Part shown: in pieces, positions 10,809 through 22,270 of the stretch
Layout: each line of letters opens with the position of its first letter
Numbering within the stretch: position 1 is the first letter of the stretch
DNA from: Ginkgo biloba
Taxonomy: Eukaryota; Plantae; Ginkgophyta
Length of the DNA: 25,669 nucleotides
NCBI GenBank assembly: GCA_024626585.2
Contig: JANKJI020000002.1
Coordinates: 132,585,097 to 132,610,765, forward strand
Direction of reading: 5' to 3'
Made by a program: the position numbers and the translations under genes
The notes under the pieces: model-generated
The model's input: only the letters and a program-made list of their open reading frames with translations
The model's database searches: none
Told to the model about the DNA's origin: nothing

Positions 10809-12293
10809 TGTAAGCCCGAAATCATTTCAAAGGTAGGAAATTATGTATTGGGAAGTCCTAAAGGTTAGGAAATAGGGAAAGTGTATGTAAGTCAGTCAAG
10901 GACTTTGACATTGAGACGATTGGGACCTATTATTATTGCTGATAGAAAAATTCAAACCTCCTCGGTGTAGNNNNNNNNNNNNNNNNNNNNNNNNNNNNNN
11001 NNNNNNNNNNNNNNNNNNNNNNNNNNNNNNNNNNNNNNNNNNNNNNNNNNNNNNNNNNNNNNNNNNNNNNNNNNNNNNNNNNNNNNNNNNNNNNNNNNNN
11101 NNNNNNNNNNNNNNNNNNNNNNNNNNNNNNNNNNNNNNNNNNNNNNNNNNNNNNNNNNNNNNNNNNNNNNNNNNNNNNNNNNNNNNNNNNNNNNNNNNNN
11201 NNNNNNNNNNNNNNNNNNNNNNNNNNNNNNNNNNNNNNNNNNNNNNNNNNNNNNNNNNNNNNNNNNNNNNNNNNNNNNNNNNNNNNNNNNNNNNNNNNNN
11301 NNNNNNNNNNNNNNNNNNNNNNNNNNNNNNNNNNNNNNNNNNNNNNNNNNNNNNNNNNNNNNNNNNNNNNNNNNNNNNNNNNNNNNNNNNNNNNNNNNNN
11401 NNNNNNNNNNNNNNNNNNNNNNNNNNNNNNNNNNNNNNNNNNNNNNNNNNNNNNNNNNNNNNNNNNNNNNNNNNNNNNNNNNNNNNNNNNNNNNNNNNNN
11501 NNNNNNNNNNNNNNNNNNNNNNNNNNNNNNNNNNNNNNNNNNNNNNNNNNNNNNNNNNNNNNNNNNNNNNNNNNNNNNNNNNNNNNNNNNNNNNNNNNNN
11601 NNNNNNNNNNNNNNNNNNNNNNNNNNNNNNNNNNNNNNNNNNNNNNNNNNNNNNNNNNNNNNNNNNNNNNNNNNNNNNNNNNNNNNNNNNNNNNNNNNNN
11701 NNNNNNNNNNNNNNNNNNNNNNNNNNNNNNNNNNNNNNNNNNNNNNNNNNNNNNNNNNNNNNNNNNNNNNNNNNNNNNNNNNNNNNNNNNNNNNNNNNNN
11801 NNNNNNNNNNNNNNNNNNNNNNNNNNNNNNNNNNNNNNNNNNNNNNNNNNNNNNNNNNNNNNNNNNNNNNNNNNNNNNNNNNCTCCCTTGCTGTCCCTAT
11901 GGAAGGCCAACCCCTTTTTAGGGGCCTTCCTACCTTCTGCTATTGCCAAAAGGGCTAGTGTGTCAGAATAATTAATGTTTACATCATTGGATTTAGGCTC
12001 ATAAGCAAAAGTTATGAGACCCCTTGTATTTAATGTAATATTATATTCATTGAGGGTTGAGTTGTTAAAGGACCACTCTAAAGTGTGACACTTGTCAGGA
12101 GTTACATGACACGTGGCAAGTCATCAACTGACCATTACATAGTCATGAATCTATAAATACATGTACACATATTTGAGAAGGCAAGGAGAAATTTGAAGGT
12201 AGACAAATTCTACCAAAAATTCTCTGTGTTTGTTGCTTGTTATTCTGCTCATTTATTCACAAAGGTATTAGATCAATTCTAATCTCTCTCACA
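10809..12293 (+). mobile_element. Probable 5' LTR of an LTR retrotransposon (spans a 912-N gap)
   Basis: Starts TGTAAGCCC at 10809, has ctataaata at 12151-12159, and ends ...ctctctcaCA at 12293, followed 2 nt later by a PBS-like sequence. The left boundary is less certain because of the gap. Confidence 0.6.
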
Positions 12294-12295
12294 TG

Positions 12296-12307
12296 TGGTA
12301 TTAGATC
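12296..12307 (+). promoter_or_regulatory. Degenerate tRNA-iMet primer binding site
   Basis: TGGTATTAGATC is a 10/12 match to the canonical plant PBS TGGTATCAGAGC and lies just after an LTR-like CA terminus. Confidence 0.7.
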
Positions 12308-14152
12308 TGAGGGTGTAATACTCAACTTGATTCGGATTGAGGAAATTATTGGGATGAGTAGAGGACTAGTCACCGAAAGGAAGTTGTAGGATTTGAAGAG
12401 AAATTCAAATGGTTTGAATTACTACGGTAAAGTACGCCGTTCGTGAGAGAACCCAGTCTTTGCCCTTTTGAGAAGAACCGGTTGTGCAGACAATAGCAGA
12501 CCTGAGAACATGGTTTATTCTTGTGAAACGCTGTACAACAATAGAGAGAATTGGTCGTTGGTAGGAGGAGAATTGCTAGAGGAGATCGTTGTTGAAGGAC
12601 AAAGTGGAGAATGCCGTTTATGACTGTTTTTTTGTTGTTTCTCTGTGAAGAACATTGGAGGCCATCCGGTTGTGGAGAACGTAGCACTGTGTTTTCCTAC
12701 GGAAAGAGACAACAACTCACTGTGAGTTTGCACATTGTGAAACGATGAGAGATGAGCTGAAGTCAGACGAGATAAACGTTGAGTCTAAGACGTTACAGGC
12801 TGTGAATCAGTGCCATGGTGGGNNNNNNNNNNNNNNNNNGGTGGGAGAACACATCACAAACGTTGAGAAATGGTTCTGAGGGACACCTTTTAACTCAATT
12901 GGCAGTAATCCTTAGGTCATTGGTCTGCCGGTGGGAGGTTTCGAACCTTGAGAAATCCGAACGTACGATATGATGGGAGTCGTTCGAAATAGTGGGTAGA
13001 TGCTGGTGGGAAGACATCCATAATGCTATGGAGAGTAGGTATAAGGCATTTCATTCNNNNNNNNNNNNNNNNNNNNNNNNNNNNNNNNNNNNNNNNNNNN
13101 NNNNNNNNNNNNNNNNNNNNNNNNNNNNNNNNNNNNNNNNNNNNNNNNNNNNNNNNGCCATTGTCACCACCTATGATTGGGAAACCCCATGTCGGTCTAG
13201 CCCAGTAATAGCGTTAGATGTTGAATATGATTCCTAAGTTACAAATCTAGACTTACGTGGAAATTTGCAGAGATATTCCAAATACACAAGAGAGATCACC
13301 GAAAGTAATAAGATAGCAAGAGTCGACAACAAAAAGATTCTCACAAATCATGTGGGAAGTATATACAAGGGGATCATCCAAAGATTAGATAGTGAGTATA
13401 ATGATGACTAAACTCATTTTGTTAATCGAAAATGATGGGGGACCTTTGATAAGTGAAGGGAAACCCCATGGGTGGTTGTTGATGATGTTTGATGTACCAA
13501 ACCCCAATGACTGCCTCCAATAACAAATCTAAACCACACGAACAATCCCACTACAACTCATTGGATAGTCATCGAGTTATTCTTGGATGTGAGGATGTCG
13601 TTTGGTTGTTGGCTAGTAGTCCCCTATGATGTGTGACCATCTCCACTATATCCTATGTTGGCCAAGTTTACTCTCAACTTATGCAAATGTTGGGGCTAAC
13701 CATAATACAAAAATGCACTAACAGTTGTGGCTATTGAGACTCTAATGTACAAGTACTTTCAATTCAATAAAGAACATAGGCAATTTTGCTCTAGACATTA
13801 AGATTGCAACGATGTCCTAGTTGACTTTGATGAGCACTAAATGGAAGGATCGCCATCTAGCACCATGCACTAATTTGCCTCATAGTTAGAGTACAAATTT
13901 ACTATTGTATTATAGTAGTTTAGGAAGATTGTCTTCTATTGATGCGTTTACTCTTCTGCAATTTAATTTTGTATTCTTCTATTACAATTGTTGCTCCAAC
14001 CGTAATTATTCTCTATTTCATTTTCTTAACTCTGCACAAAGTGACAGTTGAAATTCTATCATTCTCTCACTCTTTAAAGAACAATTTAGTGACAGAGCTT
14101 TGACATTAAGGAAAAGAACTCATCACCCCTTTGGTCTAGATGTTACCTTGGG

Positions 14153-15806
14153 TGTAACAGTCCGATCTTTCAACCCGACCACGTAGTAAATCAAAATATA
14201 ATAGTACAATAACATAGCATAATCAAACATTAAGTATACAATACAACAAGCAGTCAAGAAAATAGACTAGACTACTAGGACCTAGGGGGACAAGTCATTA
14301 TGTCGTACATAAGTTATCATTATTGACCATGAGTACTCGTAGAGGACTTACCCACAATTTTCACCATAAACCTCCAACACCATCAAGGCTAATCGTCGGT
14401 CCAAAATGAACTCTTCATTTGAGTCCACCCCCTACAACTAAGAAGAGTGATAAGGCGAAGACTCTATCCTTTATTTAGGCACTAGGAACATCTCTCCATC
14501 AACGAAATACCCCTCCTTAAGAAAGATTACATCATTGTTACACTTTTCTTTCAAGAAATTTAGCTTAGTGTGGATTAAGTTGGACTTACGATATCCACTA
14601 TAGTGTGCATGCACCACTACAACTTTTGTTCTCATCCCAAAAGTACCATAGTTTGTTATCCCCCTCCTCCCAGTTGTCAGGCCTAAGAACTCATAGTCCA
14701 TATCTACCTTGAAGGCAAGGCCATGTTAATACTATCCCTATCTCATATATTGCATCAATCCTCATAGTGATATCGTGAATGCATATGCCACAATAACTAG
14801 GTTTGCAAGACCTCATCAAGCATTCAAGCACACAGTCCAACAACGATCTAGTATTCATAGTGGCATAATAGAGACCAACAACAATTCAAGGTCTAATCCT
14901 ATCATATCCATCATAGACACACAGTATCACAGTACATATATCATAATAAATCAACAAATCAACATTATTACATACCTTAGTAGGGTTTGGAACCCTAGAT
15001 TTAGCTCTCAGCAAGGCTTGCCAATATCTAGTGCTCCTCTAGTACCTCCTCCGCAACTTGGACATAGAAACAACTGCCAAACAAGGTCTACAAGCAATTC
15101 TGTAGCTCCTTGAAGAGTTCGACTCACTTCTGGCAAGTTCGCTAGCATTTCTGATAGTAGCAGAGGGTAGGAAGACCCCTAAAAAGGGTTCGACCTTCCA
15201 CTAGGACAGTAAGGAGGGCTTCGAATTCAATATTGGCTTTAGAAAAGCTGCATAAGGACCATGGTAGCCTTTGGCTGGGCTTAGGACATCATTCTAGTAG
15301 AAGGTACGACTTCTAAGGTCAACTTTATGTGGCCAAGAAGCATGAATTCGCCCTAGAAGTAAGTNNNNNNNNNNNNNNNNNNNNNNNNNNNNNNNNNNNN
15401 NNNNNNNNNNNNNNNNNNNNNNNNNNNNNNNNNNNNNNNNNNNNNNNNNNNNNNNNNNNNNNNNNNNNNNNNNNNNNNNNNNNNNNNNNNNNNNNNNNNN
15501 NNNNNNNNNNNNNNNNNNNNNNNNNNNNNNNNNNNNNNNNNNNNNNNNNNNNNNNNNNNNNNNNNNNNNNNNNNNNNNNNNNNNNNNNNNNNNNNNNNNN
15601 NNNNNNNNNNNNCAAGGTTAATTGCTAATTTCAGTACTAGCATGCTTAACTCTAGGTTAAGCTCCTTTTTGATGTTTTTCCTTGTTGCTAAGTATTGTTT
15701 GTCATCTAAGGGTTTAGTTGATGCTCACTCTAAGTCAAACTTCTCCTTTGACTAAGCTTTGACCAAGTTTGACTTACCTTTGACTAGGGCTGACTGGGTT
15801 GCAACA
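14153..15806 (-). mobile_element. Solo LTR inserted in the LINE
   Basis: Termini are TGTAACAGTCC (14153) and GGGTTGCAACA (15806). Flanks ttggg (14148-14152) and tcggg (15807-15811) form a 5-bp TSD with one C/T difference. Removal rejoins the LINE codons. It contains a 248-N gap, and strand is inferred. Confidence 0.75.
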
Positions 15807-16571
15807 TCGGGTCAAATGGGGGAATGGGTCATCAAAAATTGAGAGTAAACTATGGAAAGGGCATAATAAGTCATTGTCCATGGCTAGGAGTTTTGAAGTT
15901 TGTTTTAAGGTTCTTTTGTGCTTTCTTTATTTGCTATGCCTCTTGATGGTCTTNNNNNNNNNNNNNNNNNNNNNNNNNNNNNNNNNNNNNNNNNNNNNNA
16001 ATCAAAGATTAGCTTTGGTCATATGCTAAAGGGAATGGGAGAAGTCACAATGGAGGTTGGAAAGTCTGTTGTATGGATAGAATGGATGGAATTTTAGGTC
16101 CTTGATGTGCAAGCTTTGGTAGCTAAATGGTTTATTGAAGTTACCTAGGGACCTGAACCTTGGACTTTTGAGACAAGTGTTTTGGGAAGAATTAAAGTTG
16201 CTTATGCTTGGAAGAATCTTCCTCTGTTGATTTGTGATTACTTAAAAGAAGAGATTTAAATTCAGGAGTCTCCAATATTAGATCATGTGGAATGGTTGTC
16301 AACACCTTTCCTCCTTTGTTATTCCCTCTATTGGAAGTTGGAGAAAAGGTGCCTCCATCTAGTGGTACTTCTTTGATGACAACAGTTATTTAGTGTTGAT
16401 TAAGTAGTTTCCTACTTCGAGTTGGCATAAGAAAGGCATTAGGTGGTTTGAAGACTTATAGGTCTCCTATAACTTTTAGTGGTTGAGTTGTCAATTAGCA
16501 ATTAGTCTAGTCCAAGTACAAGTTGAAAAGCAATGAAAAGTATGTGTATGGGTTGTTGTTGGTTAAGATCG

Positions 16572-17849
16572 TGTTATCACCTAGGATTGTAATCACTACT
16601 GTAGCTAGTTCTCAAATGATAACTATAGGTAGAATGTCCCTGTCACTGCCAAAATATCTCTTTGTTTGGGTTGATGCTTTCCAACCACGGGGAGGAGTCC
16701 CTTAATAATATGTACTACTGTCCGTCTTCNNNNNNNNNNNNNNNNNNNNNNNNNNNNNNNNNNNNNNNNNNNNNNNNNNNNNNNNNNNNNNNNNNNNNNN
16801 NNNNNNNNNNNNNNNNNNNNNNNNNNNNNNNNNNNNNNNNNNNNNNNNNNNNNNNNNNNNNNNNNNNNNNNNNNNNNNNNNNNNNNNNNNNNNNNNNNNN
16901 NNNNNNNNNNNNNNNNNNNNNNNNNNNNNNNNNNNNNNNNNNNNNNNNNNNNNNNNNNNNNNNNNNNNNNNNNNNNNNNNNNNNNNNNNNNNNNNNNNNN
17001 NNNNNNNNNNNNNNNNNNNNNNNNNNNNNNNNNNNNNNNNNNNNNNNNNNNNNNNNNNNNNNNNNNNNNNNNNNNNNNNNNNNNNNNNNNNNNNNNNNNN
17101 NNNNNNNNNNNNNNNNNNNNNNNNNNNNNNNNNNNNNNNNNNNNNNNNNNNNNNNNNNNNNNNNNNNNNNNNNNNNNNNNNNNNNNNNNNNNNNNNNNNN
17201 NNNNNNNNNNNNNNNNNNNNNNNNNNNNNNNNNNNNNNNNNNNNNNNNNNNNNNNNNNNNNNNNNNNNNNNNNNNNNNNNNNNNNNNNNNNNNNNNNNNN
17301 NNNNNNNNNNNNNNNNNNNNNNNNNNNNNNNNNNNNNNNNNNNNNNNNNNNNNNNNNNNNNNNNNNNNNNNNNNNNNNNNNNNNNNNNNNNNNNNNNNNN
17401 NNNNNNNNNNNNNNNNNNNNNNNNNNNNNNNNNNNNNNNNNNNNNNNNNNNNNNNNNNNNNNNNNNNNNNNNNNNNNNNNNNNNNNNNNNNNNNNNNNNN
17501 NNNNNNNNNNNNNNNNNNNGGCACTTGACAGGTGGAAAAAGTCGGAAGACATCAACAGTTGGTGCCAGAAAACACGTAGCAAAGATCGCGAGTTATTTCG
17601 AGTGAAATTTGGCCTTCATTTGTTGAACGACCAGGTTCGTTCGACGAACGACACAGTCCAATGTTCTTGCCGTTTGTCATATGACCTCAATTCATACGAT
17701 AAGTCGATTGGTGGATAAAATAGGCCCNNNNNNNNNNNNNNNNNNNNNNNNNNNNNNNNNNNNNNNNNNNNNGTCATAAATAAAATCAGCCCGATGCAAT
17801 CTGGTTGCTGACTAACACCAATGTTGCTTAGTGCAATTTGGTGTTAACA
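16572..17849 (+). mobile_element. Second solo LTR (different family) inserted in the LINE
   Basis: Termini TGTTATCACC and GGTGTTAACA are a 9/10 inverted match. Flanks gatcg (16567-16571) and ggtcg (17850-17854) form a 5-bp TSD with one mismatch. An AATAAA lies near 17778. Removal restores the LINE frame ...LLLVKI-D-SVRHKM.... Much of the interior is N. Confidence 0.8.
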
Positions 17850-20697
17850 GGTCGATAGTGTTAGACATAAGATGTCTACCTCTCCCATTGATAGGTGGTA
17901 GCTTGATTGGAATTGGGCTCATAACAAGTCTTTTGTAAAGTTTAGATCTGCAGAGATGTATGAATTCTTGAGAATGTATACTTGGCTTGTTGACAAACTT
18001 GAAAACAAACAAAATTGGCATTGGGGGGAGATTGGATGGGGGAAATCCTTTTGAAGATTATGGGGCACTAAAATTGAACCTACAAGGAAAATGTTGTGTG
18101 GCAAGTTTTATTGAATGTATTTAATACTAAAGTGAAACTTGCTTCTAAAGGCCTTGCTATTGGAGGCTTTGATTTTTGTGGAGAAAGTCAAGACCATAAA
18201 CATATGTTATGGGCTTATGGATATGTTTAACAGTGTTGGAACTCATCTTTTGTTGCATTTAAGAACCTTACTCCTGTTTGCTTTGGAAAAGTTGTCAGTG
18301 GCTTTTGGAATGATGATGCTTTTGTCAGTGAAGTTTGGGATCTATGTTGAATGGAGTTTGTTTATTTTGTTTGAAAGACAAGATATGATTGTGTTTTCTC
18401 CAGTTCATCCTAGAAACTTTGTACTACTATCTAGAGAGATACTATGATCCAATTGCTTGTCATGTAGGTGCATACCACTTTGGACTTGTCTTTGGACATT
18501 GTTTGAGTGTTCTAGCCTTATTGTAGCTTGANNNNNNNNNNNNNNNNNNNNNNNNNNNNNNNNNNNNNNNNNNNNNNNNNNNNNNNNNNNNNNNNNNNNN
18601 NNNNNNNNNNNNNNNNNNNNNNNNNNNNNNNNNNNNNNNNNNNNNNNNNNNNNNNNNNNNNNNNNNNNNNNNNNNNNNNNNNNNNNNNNNNNNNNNNNNN
18701 NNNNNNNNNNNNNNNNNNNNNNNNNNNNNNNNNNNNNNNNNNNNNNNNNNNNNNNNNNNNNNNNNNNNNNNNNNNNNNNNNNNNNNNNNNNNNNNNNNNN
18801 NNNNNNNNNNNNNNNNNNNNNNNNNNNNNNNNNNNNNNNNNNNNNNNNNNNNNNNNNNNNNNNNNNNNNNNNNNNNNNNNNNNNNNNNNNNNNNNNNNNN
18901 NNNNNNNNNNNNNNNNNNNNNNNNNNNNNNNNNNNNNNNNNNNNNNNNNNNNNNNNNNNNNNNNNNNNNNNNNNNNNNNNNNNNNNNNNNNNNNNNNNNN
19001 NNNNNNNNNNNNNNNNNNNNNNNNNNNNNNNNNNNNNNNNNNNNNNNNNNNNNNNNNNNNNNNNNNNNNNNNNNNNNNNNNNNNNNNNNNNNNNNNNNNN
19101 NNNNNNNNNNNNNNNNNNNNNNNNNNNNNNNNNNNNNNNNNNNNNNNNNNNNNNNNNNNNNNNNNNNNNNNNNNNNNNNNNNNNNNNNNNNNNNNNNNNN
19201 NNNNNNNNNNNNNNNNNNNNNNNNNNTTCGATGGGATTGTCTGTTTTGTTGGAATTGTTAATGACATGTATACTTATGTATATGGGTTTTATAGTATCTT
19301 TGGGGAAATAGGCTCATTTTGTTAATTGATGGATAGTTAGTAGCCTCTTAGATATACGTGTCAAGTTTTGGCTAGGTAATCCTCATGATATCTCTTTCTT
19401 TTTGTTTTAATTGTATTGGGGGTTATTCATCTCTGCCATTAACTGATGTATGCGTCTTTTTGCAAAATTTAATACAAGCCACTTTGCAACAAACCAATAA
19501 AAGGCGAAGGCCATTGGGTCTCCATGGACTTTACATTGTTACAAATACAAAACAAGCAAGCTAAAATCCATCAAAATTAGAAATCAAAGTTGCAAAGTTA
19601 CAATAGGTCCTTCAGCGTAATATATCCTTTGAACCAAAAGGAAAACACCTAGGGATTGGTCCATCCTTGGAGCTTTAAGAATTCCAAGACCAAGGTTTAC
19701 TTCACGAAATAACTAGCCTTTAACATCAAGTTAAGAAGAGTGTTGAAAGACATGACACCAAAACCTTGCATAAACCAAAGTGCATACAAATGTTTTCTCA
19801 AATTTTCAACAATCAATGACAATGCACCAATTCTCATGCAACTTTTTCTTTAGAAAAATGTCCAAGAGTGATTTTCTCTCCGTTCCCACTTGAAATAGAA
19901 AATCCCTATTCGCAACACACACATGAGAGGATGAAGTATCACATGCATGCCAAAAAGTAGTGATGTTTTCTCTCATCTTCATTTCATGAGACTATGCACT
20001 AAAATAAATTAGAATAATTCAAATAGTAGAAATAGGCATTTATAGGTGTGCGCACACTCCCTTAGAAGGCACACTTGGGCATGTCTCTAGTCTGTGCCAC
20101 ATCATTGTCCATGGCTTTCAACAACCCTTGAAAGTTGTCACTAACTTGCACAAATTCCACGTGTTGCACAATATATTAGTTAATAATTCATTCTAATAAG
20201 GAAAACAATTCACAATAAAATAGTTTAAACTGAATAGAAAATTAAATTGCAAATAAATATATAAGGGAAAATACTCATAAATACAATTTTTTTCTAATAA
20301 TGAAACAAATCTGCAATGAAACAAGAGCCATATAGTGGAAAGTACCAGCATTATAGATTAGAAGTTTTTATGATTTGTAGAATGCATTTGACCATCAATA
20401 TAGTAAATAATATGAAAGCAAACAATGGTGTAGCATAATACAACAACAGTGAAAATTCTTTTTCCTTCATGGTGCTTGGTTTTGACCTCTAGTTGATCAC
20501 CTATTGTACAATATTGTTGAATGCCATCTAATTTGTGTGTTTAATCTAGGAATAAGGAGGTGCTAACGTGCATATATGAGTTACACTTCATTTCCTANNN
20601 NNNNNNNNNNNNNNNNNNNNNNNNNNNNNNNNNNNNNNNNNNNNNNNNNNNNNNNNNNNNNNNNNNNNNNNNNNNNNNNNNNNNNNNNNNNNNNNNN

Positions 20698-20836
20698 CAT
20701 TTTAGGGACTCCTCCCTGTGGCTGGAAAAGCACCAGCCCGAACAGAGAAGTATCCTGGCTGTGACAGAGCCATTGTACTTAGAGTTATCAGTCAAGGAAC
20801 TAGCCACTTTTCTGATTGCAGTCCCCGGTGATAACA
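20698..20836 (-). mobile_element. 5' end of another copy of the 16572 LTR family, in opposite orientation
   Basis: The reverse complement of 20704-20836 aligns with 16572-16702 at roughly 77% by hand count. Homology starts exactly at TGTTATCACC in both copies, and this copy is truncated by the 100-N gap. Confidence 0.8.
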
Positions 20837-22270
20837 GTTGGTAAGCGAAATTGCCTCCTTCATAGTTGAGTAGGATACGTTTAGTTGATTCATATATTGT
20901 TTCTTTGAGAAGGTTGGAGACGGACAACATGTTTTCTCTAGGCTCCCCTACTTCTCAAACATGGGCAGTTCAGCGCATTTTCATTGTGCACTATGCATTG
21001 GTGGTCTCTTTGCATTCGTTTACTAGTTGACCAACTGAGATTGAAGTGGCAGCGAGATGTCTTCTCTATCGAGCCATGGCAATTATATGTGGTGACTGTT
21101 TTTGCAATGTTTCGGAGTCAAACAAGCTCCTTGCGGCCTTTGATTATCCATGCGTGGAAGCTACTCTTGCAGAGATGTTTGGGTTGTTCTGTTCCTTTGT
21201 TTGAAGTTTGAACACTTCTATTTTTCCATCAGTTTACCAAAATTTCTCCAATGGATAACTAATGGTACATAAAAATTCCAGGATTTGAAGCATCAATAGC
21301 TAAGGTCTATCACTATTACAGTTAGACCATTATAAAATTGATAAATGGAGACTGTAAATATGTTGAACGAACAGCTAGATTGTCAAAATATTGGATAGCT
21401 ATTAGGATCTGGGCAAAATCGTCAAAACTAAATGGACAGAACAATAACACATACTTCCACTTTATCGAGTGACAATCCCAGAACTTGGTACAAATATGGA
21501 ACTCTATACTTTAATCACAACGGACTGAAAAGGAACGGCTTGAGGAGAATATTAACTATTCAGCATGATAGTTTTTTGGCTGTTAGGCACTGACTCAGAA
21601 GATTTGGCTGAAGCTGTTTTGCCCAGAGCTCGCTTAAGTATTTGTTGCCTAGCACCTTCTCTGATGCCCAAAAATTTGGTAGGGTGGTTAACAAGGTAAA
21701 GCGCCCCAATCTGCCAGAATATTGGTGGAGCAAAACAGAAGTCAGAGCGCTAATTGGCTAGGCTGGTTCTTTCCATAGAGCTACGAAGTGACATGTGGAG
21801 ACTTATGGCTGTGATGACCATCTGCATTTAGACGCTTTAATCATTTGCTCGATAGTCTGAGCTGGAAATGCTGCCTGTATTCAAACCTCTGATGGAAGAG
21901 GATTGGGCGCTGTAGTTCGCTTGTAGAACACCAAGGCTAACACTGTCCTAGGTCAGGCATAACCCTGTAGACGGTTCTTCATGGCATCAGTAATACGTAA
22001 CATACACGGATGGAAATTCAAACGAGACCAATTATGGAATTTAGTTCTTCATGAAAATACTATAACTGCTGACAGTCATAGATAGAAATCAGGTCAAGGC
22101 CGATTCTGAAAACTTAGGGGTGATTGTTAACTGCTGTGAAGATAGCAATGCTACCAGAATCAAGAAATTTAATTATCATAGTCCATTGAGGGGACCAAGG
22201 TCCAGTGAATCCTTTAGTGGATTACTCCCAGGCACAAGCCAGAAACAAAGTCTCCAAAAAACTCCTTCCA
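20837..22270 (-). pseudogene. Heavily decayed ORF of unknown family, cut by the LTR at 20836
   Basis: Minus-strand stretches look protein-like between stops and frameshifts: FHNWSRLNFHPCMLRITDAMKNRLQGYA, FAPPIFWQIGALYLVNHPTKFLGIREGARQQILKRALGK and MLSVSNLLKETIYESTKRILLNYEGGNFAYQ. I recognise no family. Confidence 0.3.

Larger units (their letters stand above)
14127..18531 (+). mobile_element. Degenerate L1-type LINE ORF2 3' portion (RT C-terminus to zf-RVT), in pieces 14127-14152, 15812-16571 and 17855-18531
   Basis: Reconstructed peptides in order: PFGLDVTLGQMGEWV / KIESKLWKGHNKSLSMARSFEVCFKVL (cf. YLGiPf...W-W---KI--KL--W----LS-aGR), VQALVAKWFIEVT*GPEPW, SWHKKGIRWFEDL, and RLWGTKIEP/KCCVWQVLLNVFNTKVKLASKGLAIGGFDFCGESQDHKHMLWAYGYV*QCW (zf-RVT-like). 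There are many stops and frameshifts. Confidence 0.8.

Noticed and set aside
9038-19325. Long ORFs of 245-340 aa in the ORF track (9038-9891, 10933-11958, 16623-17582, 18518-19325)
   Set aside because: They are almost entirely X residues from N gaps, so they are artefacts.
19440-20200. Possible minus-strand LTR (ctataaat at ~20038-20045)
   Set aside because: I could not identify termini, a TSD, a PBS or a polypurine tract.
20839-20850. tggtaagcgaaa after ...ataaca as a PBS
   Set aside because: It is a poor match to the Met PBS. The homologous copy at 16572 suggests this terminus is the LTR 5' end on the minus strand, so the flank is target DNA.
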